Below are positions 7,326 through 14,884 of a DNA stretch of 64,000 nucleotides, piece by piece. Within the stretch, counting starts at the first letter, position 1, and every line of letters starts with the position of its first letter. The DNA is from Acidimicrobiales bacterium. GTDB lineage: Bacteria > Actinomycetota > Acidimicrobiia > Acidimicrobiales > Aldehydirespiratoraceae. Made by a program: the position numbers and the translations under genes. The stretch spans positions 1,156,798-1,220,797 of the forward strand of contig OZ220727.1 in NCBI GenBank assembly GCA_965116865.1. The letters run 5' to 3'. Under the pieces are notes generated by a model. That model worked only from the letters and a program-made list of their open reading frames with translations, made no database searches and had not been told where the DNA came from.

Positions 7326-9830
7326 CTAGCCGCCTTCGTCCATCAAGGTGGCCGCTGCGACGGGCACCTCGATCTCGCTGCTGCGGTACCAGACGCCCAC
7401 ACGGGCGTCGGCCGGCAGGAAGGCGATGTCAGGCGTGATCGCTTCGCCGTCGGTGCCGATGAAGCCCACCTGGGAACGGCCGCCGGCGACGCGTCTCGCC
7501 CGGATCTTCCCGATGGCGTTCCCGTCCACCTCGACGTCGCCGCTCACCCGCCAGATGCCGACAGTGGCGTCGGCGGGCAAGAATCGGGCCGGTGGCAGGA
7601 CCCGCTCACCGCCGGCCAGTCTGACGCCGTGCTCCAGCCGACCGTCGTCCCCCAGCCGGACGACGACGCGCAGCCGGTGAGGTTCGGGTGCCGGTGTGGT
7701 GACCGGCGGCGTCAGCCTGAGCATCTCGGCGCTGCCGTCGAGCGAGAGGCCCCGGAGGAACCGCGAGAGCGCCGCGTCTGCGGCCTCGGCCGCGCACAGC
7801 GTCCGGTCGACAGCCAAGCCGTGGACTGGCCGTTCCAGCCGCATCCCGGCGTCCAACGCGAGCAGCTCGTCGACGTTGTCGATGCCGGCAGACTCGAGCG
7901 CTCGACGCAGCGCGTTCCCTCCCGGACGGCAGCCCGACTGCTCGGCCATCATCCTACGGACCTCGGGATCGTCCCATCCATCGTCGGCGCTGCGGGCCGC
8001 CGCGACGATGTCGCCGGCGACGACTGCGGACGCCACGATGCTCTCGGCATAGGCGATCTGGGAATGGACGGCGCGTGCATCCCAGTACGTGAGTTCCGGT
8101 TCACCTTCGGTCTGGTCCAGAAGCGATCGCCAGCCGGCGGCCATCGACGCGTAGTGGGAGGATGCGGCGCCGGCCGCGGCGAGCCACAGGTCCTCTACGG
8201 CGACCGGATCGATGACTTCTCGGGCGAGCCACCCGCCGATCAGTCCCGATGCGCTCAACGAAGCAGCGTACTGCTGCCCGAAAGTCCTGAGAAGAGTGCC
8301 CGAGGAAGGGTTCGCCACATCGATCCGTTGAGGGTCCGACTCCTCGGACAGGTCCGCGAGCGCGGGCCGCTCGAAGAAGCCGTCCAGAAGCTGGGTCAGC
8401 ACGCCCGCCGTGTAGACGGCCTGGATTCGAACCTGCGGGTCGACCGCCGCGTCCGGGTCGGAGACACGGGTCACCTCGACAGTCACCCGTCCCTCGTCGT
8501 CGGCCTCCGCAGCCACCGTGTAGTCGTTGAAGCCGACGGTGACATCAACGGGCCCGAAGACAGGGCCGCTCAACACCATCAGATTGTGCCAGAGCCCGTG
8601 GAATCCGATCTCGTTGCCGTAGGCGTCCTCCGTGACCACGCCGACGAACAGCCACGACGGGCCGTGACCGCCGATGGTCGCCTCGAACGGCGTCACTTCG
8701 TCGTTCGCGGAACTCGACGCACTGGCGGTCGCATCGCCGGTGTGGTAGGCGACACCGGCGTCCCAGATGCCCGAGACGGGGCCCAGCAGGTCGAATATCC
8801 GCCGCGGCGCCAAGTAGATGAGGGCGTGGCTGCCGTCGTCGGGAAGTTCGCCGCCGCCGATGTTGCCGACCCGGAAGTGGACGGAGAACGGGTCGCCCGC
8901 GACGACCTCCTCCGGAGTCCGGACTTCCTCGATCTTCAGCCGGGGCGCCTGCCGGCGGGCCGCCTCATCCACGCGGTGGACGGTGAGGGTGAAGTCGGCC
9001 TGCAGCGGCTGCAAGTCGCGCTCCAGGTAGGTCGTCGCCTCGATGAGGTAGACGCCAGGCAGCAGGTATTGCTCGATACGAGCGTTGCCGAACTCGCCGC
9101 CGTCGTCGTTGGCGCCGATGATGCCGTGCTCGAGCGACGCCAGCGACAGCACTGGGTCGCCGTTCTCGGACTGCAGGTCGATGCGCACTCGGGCGGCCTC
9201 GGTCATGATGAAGGAGTAGGAATGGGCGGGGTGCGCCGAAACGAATCGGGAGCCGCACGTCTCCAGCGACCAGGTTCCCGATGCGGTCAGGTCGGCGCCC
9301 GCTTCCAACGTGCCGAGATGAGCGAAGTCGCAGCCTTCGACCCGGCTCACGGTAAGCGTGAAGTCGGCCGGTCCCCGTCCGCGGCCGCCGACGGTGGTGG
9401 CCTCTGCCAAGTAAGTTCCGGGTACGAGGTCGCGCTCGACGCGGGCGTCGAGGCCCGCCCCGCTGTCGTCGTTGTCAGCGATGCGTTCGCCGTGCTCGGT
9501 GAGCAGGTAGAGGTAGGAGTCGGCCTCAGCGGATGTCAGGCCGATCCTGACCCTGCCCGCCTCGGCGACGCGGAACCGGTAGGTGTGGGCGTCGCTGGCC
9601 TCCCCGAAACGCGAGTCGCAGTCCTCGGTCGTCCAGCGGCCCTCCGCCTCCAGCACGCTGCCGGCCTCAGCACCCAGCGTCCCCAGGTCCGTGATTTCGC
9701 AGTCAGCGGCTTCTTGGCCCAGCGCGATGCTCGACCCGCCGACGGGCAGCACGCCGGCCAACATCGCAACGGCGACACAAGCACGCGCCAGCCGCCGCAC
9801 TCGAGAGCCGTCCCCAGTTCCCCTATTCAT
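7326..9830 (-). CDS. large secreted protein with two pre-peptidase C-terminal (PPC)-like domains
   Basis: ATG 9830 with GGGAGG upstream, and signal peptide RRLARACVAVAMLAGVLPVGG. There are two modules of about 110 aa of the type D.H.Y.F.V.EA.RV.I.L ... NDD ... L.PG.YL.EATT ... ADFTLTV. Confidence 0.7.
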   Translation of the reverse strand: MNRGTGDGSRVRRLARACVAVAMLAGVLPVGGSSIALGQEAADCEITDLGTLGAEAGSVLEAEGRWTTEDCDSRFGEASDAHTYRFRVAEAGRVRIGLTSAEADSYLYLLTEHGERIADNDDSGAGLDARVERDLVPGTYLAEATTVGGRGRGPADFTLTVSRVEGCDFAHLGTLEAGADLTASGTWSLETCGSRFVSAHPAHSYSFIMTEAARVRIDLQSENGDPVLSLASLEHGIIGANDDGGEFGNARIEQYLLPGVYLIEATTYLERDLQPLQADFTLTVHRVDEAARRQAPRLKIEEVRTPEEVVAGDPFSVHFRVGNIGGGELPDDGSHALIYLAPRRIFDLLGPVSGIWDAGVAYHTGDATASASSSANDEVTPFEATIGGHGPSWLFVGVVTEDAYGNEIGFHGLWHNLMVLSGPVFGPVDVTVGFNDYTVAAEADDEGRVTVEVTRVSDPDAAVDPQVRIQAVYTAGVLTQLLDGFFERPALADLSEESDPQRIDVANPSSGTLLRTFGQQYAASLSASGLIGGWLAREVIDPVAVEDLWLAAAGAASSHYASMAAGWRSLLDQTEGEPELTYWDARAVHSQIAYAESIVASAVVAGDIVAAARSADDGWDDPEVRRMMAEQSGCRPGGNALRRALESAGIDNVDELLALDAGMRLERPVHGLAVDRTLCAAEAADAALSRFLRGLSLDGSAEMLRLTPPVTTPAPEPHRLRVVVRLGDDGRLEHGVRLAGGERVLPPARFLPADATVGIWRVSGDVEVDGNAIGKIRARRVAGGRSQVGFIGTDGEAITPDIAFLPADARVGVWYRSSEIEVPVAAATLMDEGG

Positions 9831-9922
9831 ACAGACCTCCCTTGGTGGCCGATCCCAACGGCGCGGCATCGGCTGATCCATGCGTGAGCGCCTAGATCGG
9901 CGGCAGAGAACCTAGCGCCAGA

Positions 9923-10264
9923 CCTGGAACGGACCTCAGAGCAAACGCAGACAGGCGAGAGTCCCAGCCCCATTCGCCGGTCACGCGCACCCTGCCCGCT
10001 GGAACGGACCTCAGAGCAAACGCAGACAGGCGAGAGTCCCAGCCCCATTCGCCGGTCACGCGCACCCTGCCCGCTGGAACGGACCTCAGAGCAAACGCAG
10101 ACAGGCGAGAGTCCCAGCCCCATTCGCCGGTCACGCGCACCCTGCCCGCTGGAACGGACCTCAGAGCAAACGCAGACAGGCGAGAGTCCCAGCCCCATTC
10201 GCCGGTCACGCGCACCCTGCCCGCTGGAACGGACCTCAGAGCAAACGCAGACAGGCGAGAGTCC
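9923..10264. repeat. 75-bp tandem array, 4.5 copies
   Basis: The segment ggaacggacctcagagc starts at 9926, 10001, 10076, 10151 and 10226. The last unit runs directly into dispersed-repeat copy 2. Confidence 0.95.
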
Positions 10265-10378
10265 GTGGTGTCGCAGCGGTGTCATTCCCGCTCTTGTTAG
10301 CTGCGACCTGAGGGCCGCTCGGGCCACGGCCTCGCCTGTTGGTGGCGGATTCGCTCGCCTATTTGCTCGGCCTCTCAG
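10244..10378 (+). repeat. structured dispersed repeat (MITE/REP-like), copy 2
   Basis: The core gtgtcgcagcggtgtcattcccgctcttgttagctgcgacctgagggccgctcgggccacggcctcgcc and the right end cgcctatttgctcggcctctcag. Confidence 0.75.
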
Positions 10379-10460
10379 CCCATCTGGCCGCGCGCCGTCA
10401 TCGACGAACAGCCCGAGCCAGGCCCTCGGAGGTCGCGGCGCCACGCTAACGTGTGGACCT

Positions 10461-10886
10461 ATGCCGCCCAAAGTCCTCACCACGGCCCAGATGCAGGCCC
10501 GGACCCTCAAACGCGGCCAACGGATCCGACTCGTCTCGGAGTTGCCCGGAGTTCCCGCTGGAACCGAAGGCAAGGTGGCCATGGCCAACGGGTTCACCTG
10601 GAACCGCTACTGGGTGAGGCTGGTCGACGGCCGGGTGGTGGGCCATGTCGATCACGGCGACCTGGTGCGCGCCAAGGACTACGATCGGTACCTGGTCGCC
10701 CGCGACCGCGAGGCCGAGTTGGCCGCTCTGGCGGCCGCTGAGGCCGCGGAGGCAGACCCGCAGGACGCTCCGGCCGGCGGCGCCGGCGCGGACGGCGGCT
10801 CGGGTGACGCCGTCGTCAACGGCGTCACCGTGCCCGCCTACTTGCTGCAACGCTCGGCCGACGCCAGGGCCAGACTCGGCGCCTGA
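10461..10886 (+). CDS. hypothetical protein
   Basis: 141-aa ORF with coding-like composition. No motif recognised. Confidence 0.5.
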   Translation: MPPKVLTTAQMQARTLKRGQRIRLVSELPGVPAGTEGKVAMANGFTWNRYWVRLVDGRVVGHVDHGDLVRAKDYDRYLVARDREAELAALAAAEAAEADPQDAPAGGAGADGGSGDAVVNGVTVPAYLLQRSADARARLGA

Positions 10887-11024
10887 GCCGAGCTGCAGTC
10901 GACATTGGCGAACCGGAGCCGCCAGCCTGGCTCAGTGATCAAGCGAGGCTCTCGGATGAGGCTCTCAGACCGACAACCCCAGCCAGCCCAAGGATATATC
11001 GACGAATCCTGCAGGCTGCGGCGC

Positions 11025-11052
11025 GTCGCCCACGGTCCTCACCGTGGGCGAC
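11025..11052. terminator. perfect 11-bp-stem hairpin between convergent genes
   Basis: GTCGCCCACGG-tcctca-CCGTGGGCGAC. No T tract follows. Confidence 0.4.
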
Positions 11053-11104
11053 ACCCAGCGGTGGCGCCGAGGCGCCCCGAGCGGTTGCAGAGTGCGAGGA
11101 GCGG

Positions 11105-11722
11105 CTAGAGGGCTGCGCCCTCGTTGGCCAAGAGCTCGGCCTTGAGGCCGGGGCCGTAGCCGTAGTTGCCCACTCCCCCGCTGCTGGGCACCACCCGGTG
11201 GCAGGGAACCAGCAGCGGCACCGGGTTGCGGGCTACAGCCGTGCCGACCGCCCTGGCCGCCTTGGGCCGGCCCACGCTGACGGCCAGTTCCCTGTAGGTG
11301 CGAACCTCCCCGCGGGGGATGCGGGCGGTAGCCCTCAGGACCTCTTGATGGAACGGCGAGCGAGACGACAAGTCGACCGGCACGTCCGTGCGCCCGGTGG
11401 CGAGGGCCTCACTGACACCGGCCACGAGCCCGGGGTCGGGGTCGGGGTCGGGCTCCACGTCTTTGCCCACCTCGTCACGCATATAGTCGACGAACCGTCC
11501 GGGATCGGGCTCGCGGCCGTCACACGTGAGCATGAGACCGGACACCCACCCGTTCGAGTGGGCCACCAGCACCGGCCCCGCGGGACTATCGGCAATGAAC
11601 CACCGGTCGGCCCGGGCTGCCCGCTCGGTGCTGGCGTCGGGTGTGCAGTCGCCCTCGATTGTCGGGCTGTCGTGGGTTGCGATCATGGGTCGAGTCTCCG
11701 TTCTCGAATACTCGAACGACAT
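11105..11722 (-). CDS. ogt: methylated-DNA--protein-cysteine methyltransferase
   Basis: C-terminal active-site motif LLVPCHRVV, followed by GYGPGLKAELLANEG. Confidence 0.85.
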   Translation of the reverse strand: MSFEYSRTETRPMIATHDSPTIEGDCTPDASTERAARADRWFIADSPAGPVLVAHSNGWVSGLMLTCDGREPDPGRFVDYMRDEVGKDVEPDPDPDPGLVAGVSEALATGRTDVPVDLSSRSPFHQEVLRATARIPRGEVRTYRELAVSVGRPKAARAVGTAVARNPVPLLVPCHRVVPSSGGVGNYGYGPGLKAELLANEGAAL

Positions 11723-11780
11723 CGGTCAAGATTCGACCCGGACGGTAACCCCGGCACCCGCACTGTGCAAGTGCCTGCCG

Positions 11781-12464
11781 CTAGCCCAACTCCGGGATCG
11801 CCCAGTCCACGGGCTCACGCCCGGCAGCGGCGAGGGCCTCGTTGGCCCGGCTGAAGGGCCGGCTGCCGAAGAAACCGCCCGACGCCGACAACGGCGACGG
11901 GTGGGCCGACTCGATCACGGTGTGGCGGCCGGTGTCCACCAGCGTCCTCTTGCGGCGGGCCGAGCCGCCCCACAAGATGAACACCACCCGCTCATCCTTG
12001 GCGTCGACGACCCGGATCACCTCGTCGGTGAAGGTCTCCCAGCCCCTGCCCCGGTGGCTGGCCGCCTGCCGGGCCCGAACCGTGAGGGTGGCGTTGAGCA
12101 GCAGCACCCCCTGGCGAGCCCAGTGCTCCAGCGAGCCGTGGCCGGGAACGGGTGCTCCGATGTCTTCGTGCAGTTCGTTGAGGATGTTCACCAGCGAAGG
12201 CGGCTTGGCCACCCCGGGACGCACCGAGAAGCAGAGCCCGTGGGCCTGCCGGGGTGCGTGGTAGGGGTCCTGGCCCATGACCAGGACCTTGACCGACGCG
12301 TGGGGCGTCAAGCGCAGCGCGGCGAACACCTCGTCGTGGGGCGGGAACACCTCGTACCGGGCCCGCTCGCTCCGCACGAAGTCCTGCAGTTCACGCCAGT
12401 AGGGCCGGTCGAACTCACTCCGCAGCAGCGGGTTCCAGTCAGTCTTGGGCGCCATCGGCACCAC
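11781..12464 (-). CDS. ung: uracil-DNA glycosylase, family 1
   Basis: Motifs GQDPYH, HGLCFSV, LLLNATLTV and SAHPSPLSA. Confidence 0.9.
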   Translation of the reverse strand: MVPMAPKTDWNPLLRSEFDRPYWRELQDFVRSERARYEVFPPHDEVFAALRLTPHASVKVLVMGQDPYHAPRQAHGLCFSVRPGVAKPPSLVNILNELHEDIGAPVPGHGSLEHWARQGVLLLNATLTVRARQAASHRGRGWETFTDEVIRVVDAKDERVVFILWGGSARRKRTLVDTGRHTVIESAHPSPLSASGGFFGSRPFSRANEALAAAGREPVDWAIPELG

Positions 12465-12597
12465 AGTAGATCAGATCGAGCGGGACGGACGTCCACGATG
12501 CCGGCCCGCGCGATATATCCGGGCGTCCGGGCATCAGTCGCCGGCCACGGTTGTCGGGGTGGTGGCGGACGGCATGGTGCGAATATACGGTTGCAGC

Positions 12598-13476
12598 ATG
12601 GTCAACGCCGTAGAGGTCTCAGACCTCACCGTCAAGTTCGACCACGTCACCGCTCTCGACGGGGTGACCCACATCTTCGAGCCGGGCACGTCCACCGCGG
12701 TGATGGGGGTCAACGGTTCGGGCAAGACCACCATGCTGGAATGCCTGGCCGGGCTGCAGAAGCCCACCGCGGGCAGCGTCCGGGGGGTGACGTCGAACCT
12801 CGCCTACGTGTGCCAGCACCTGCCCGCCTGCTGGATGCCCATCACAGCCGGCGAGGTTTTGGCCATGGGCCGCTACGGCAAGCGGGGACTGCTCGGGCGG
12901 CTGGGGGACGAGGACCGGGCCGCCATGCGGGACGCGGGAACCAAGCTCGATGTGAACCAGCTCGCGAAGAGGAGTTTCGGCGACCTCAGCGGAGGCCAGC
13001 AGCAGAGGGTGCGGATCGCGCAGGTGCTGGCAGGCGAGCCGGACGTCCTCATGCTCGACGAGCCCGTCACCGGCTTGGACATTCCCAGCCAGGAACGGAT
13101 CCTCGAAGTGATCGACGACTGCTCGAGCCGGGGTGCCGTCGTGATCATCACCACCCACCATCTCGACGAGGCCCGGCATTGCGACTCGGTGATGTTGATG
13201 GCCAACCGGCTGATCGCCGCGGGCACGCCCGCGGAGATCCTCACCGAGGAGCGGTTGAGGGAAGCGTTCGCGGATCGGCTGCTCGGGGGCCACGCAGGCC
13301 ACGATCACGACCATGAGCTCATCGTGCTCGACGACCACGGCCACGGGCACGTCCACGGGCACGTCCGTGATGGCCATGACCATCACGGAACCGGTCACAG
13401 TCACGGACACAGCCACGACCACGACCACAGACACCGGGAGCACGGCCATCAGGACCACGGACCCCACGCCCATTAG
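12598..13476 (+). CDS. metal ABC transporter ATP-binding protein (ZnuC-like) with about 60-aa His-rich tail
   Basis: Walker A GVNGSGKTT, signature LSGGQQQR and Walker B LMLDEP. Tail HAGHDHDHELIVLDDHGHGHVHGHVRDGHDHHGTGHSHGHSHDHDHRHREHGHQDHGPHAH. The start could be 12598 or 12574. Confidence 0.8.
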   Translation: MVNAVEVSDLTVKFDHVTALDGVTHIFEPGTSTAVMGVNGSGKTTMLECLAGLQKPTAGSVRGVTSNLAYVCQHLPACWMPITAGEVLAMGRYGKRGLLGRLGDEDRAAMRDAGTKLDVNQLAKRSFGDLSGGQQQRVRIAQVLAGEPDVLMLDEPVTGLDIPSQERILEVIDDCSSRGAVVIITTHHLDEARHCDSVMLMANRLIAAGTPAEILTEERLREAFADRLLGGHAGHDHDHELIVLDDHGHGHVHGHVRDGHDHHGTGHSHGHSHDHDHRHREHGHQDHGPHAH

Positions 13477-13615
13477 AGCGAGCGCGAATAGGCGAGGAAC
13501 CATCGTGCCGCAGCGGTGCCGATCCCGCTCTTGTTCGCTTCGCTCACGGGCCGTTCGGGCCACGGCCTCACCCGTATGCGCCTGATCGCTCACCTCTCCG
13601 CTCGGCCTCTGAGAG
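13473..13615 (+). repeat. structured dispersed repeat (MITE/REP-like), copy 3
   Basis: The left end ttagagcgagcgcgaataggcgagg contains the ATPase stop TAG (13474-13476). The core gtgccgcagcggtgccgatcccgctcttgttcgcttcgctcacgggccgttcgggccacggcctcacccgt is conserved. The right end is cggcctctgagag. Confidence 0.75.
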
Positions 13616-13628
13616 ACAGCGCGGCGCG

Positions 13629-14861
13629 ATGAGAGCGGTTCGGCGGGATGTGGCCGTCATCGGTGCCGGTCCGGCCGGGGCGGCGGCCGCCATCCGGGCC
13701 GCTCGGGGCGGCGCCCGGGTGACGGTCTTCGAGAAAGGGTCTCCCGGTCGGGACAAGGTGTGCGGAGACGGCCTCACTCCCAGGGCGGTGGCGGCCCTCG
13801 ATGAGCTCGGCGTCACCCTCGACGGAGCGCACCGCATCGACGGACTGCGGATGATCGCGGGCAGCACGCGGCGTGAGCTGCTGTGGCCCTCGAACAACCG
13901 GTTCGGCCCCCACGGAGCTGTGTGGCCCCGCCGAGCGCTGGACAAGCACCTCGTCGAGGCGGCCGGGGAGGCCGGTGCCGAGATCCTATGGAACACCGAG
14001 GTCATGCCCACCCTGGCGGACGACGGCACGGTCGTCGGCGTGGAGAGCGCCGACGACGGGGGGCGCTGGCCGGCCGACCTGGTCGTGCTGGCCGCCGGCG
14101 CCCCCGGCGCAGCCGCCCGCGCTCTCGGGGCCGAACGTGTCGAGTCGGAGCCCTTCGGTCTTGCCATCCGCACCTATGCCCCCAGCCCCCGCCACTCCGA
14201 CCGCCACCTCGAGGCATGCCTCACTCTGCGAGGAGCCGGGGGCGGATGGGTTCCCGGCTACGGCTGGATGTTCCCGGCCGGCGACGGCACGGTGAACATC
14301 GGCGCGGGCTCCATGTCCACCATGAAGGGCTTCCGAAAGCTCAACCTCAACCGCTTGTTGAGCGACTACCGGGATCTGGTGGCAGAAGAGTGGGAGCTCG
14401 GCGACTTCCTGGAACGGCCCCGGGCCTGGAGGCTGCCCATGAGCGTCGGCCGTCGCCACGGCCCCGGATGGGCCGCAGTGGGCGACGCGGCCGGACTGAT
14501 CAATCCGATGAACGGCGAGGGCATCGACTACGGGTTGGAGTCGGGGATGCTTCTGGCCGATCTGTTCCTGGCCGGCCCGGCGGCTGCTCCCGACGCCTAC
14601 GACCGCATCATCGGCGAGCGCTTCGACGGGTTCCTGCGCACCGGGCGGCGCTTCAGCTTCCTCATCGGCCACCCTTGGATCCTGCGCAACGGCCTGCGCT
14701 TGGCCGTCGGAACGCAGGCGGTAGCCGACATCACCCTGCAGGTGATGGGCAACCTCGTCGACGGCGACACGCCGGGGCTCGCGCCGCGCGTCCTGGACGT
14801 AGTCGACCGGGGCCTGAAGCTCGCCGATCCGCTGCTGCGCCGCACCCGAGCGGCCGCCTAG
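13629..14861 (+). CDS. geranylgeranyl reductase family FAD-dependent oxidoreductase
   Basis: N-terminal dinucleotide-binding fold DVAVIGAGPAGAAAA, plus KVCGDGLTPRAV, typical of this family. Confidence 0.8.
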   Translation: MRAVRRDVAVIGAGPAGAAAAIRAARGGARVTVFEKGSPGRDKVCGDGLTPRAVAALDELGVTLDGAHRIDGLRMIAGSTRRELLWPSNNRFGPHGAVWPRRALDKHLVEAAGEAGAEILWNTEVMPTLADDGTVVGVESADDGGRWPADLVVLAAGAPGAAARALGAERVESEPFGLAIRTYAPSPRHSDRHLEACLTLRGAGGGWVPGYGWMFPAGDGTVNIGAGSMSTMKGFRKLNLNRLLSDYRDLVAEEWELGDFLERPRAWRLPMSVGRRHGPGWAAVGDAAGLINPMNGEGIDYGLESGMLLADLFLAGPAAAPDAYDRIIGERFDGFLRTGRRFSFLIGHPWILRNGLRLAVGTQAVADITLQVMGNLVDGDTPGLAPRVLDVVDRGLKLADPLLRRTRAAA

Positions 14862-14884
14862 AGGCCGAGCGGGTAGGCAGCACC

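Noticed and set aside
7629-9887. Long antisense or off-frame ORFs in GC-rich DNA: 7629..9887, 3988..5694, 11526..13316, 12619..13593, 14858..17119, 27865..29412, 31904..33709, 32194..33906, 37052..38878, 44905..47151 and 47876..50656.
   Set aside because: Each lies opposite to, or out of frame with, a gene that has clear family motifs. Their products are dominated by Arg, Pro, Gly and Ala with no motifs. They are shadow ORFs, as expected at about 70% GC.
9827-10597. 256-aa and 107-aa ORFs with perfectly repeated 25-aa blocks.
   Set aside because: They exist only because the 75-bp array has no stops in those frames. There is no start context, and they run across a dispersed repeat.
13883-14884. 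N-terminal 330 codons of the 1279-aa track ORF 13883..17722.
   Set aside because: This part overlaps the well-supported geranylgeranyl reductase gene in another frame and is Arg/Pro/Gly-rich, which is typical of off-frame GC-rich sequence. Real PEPC similarity begins near 15000.
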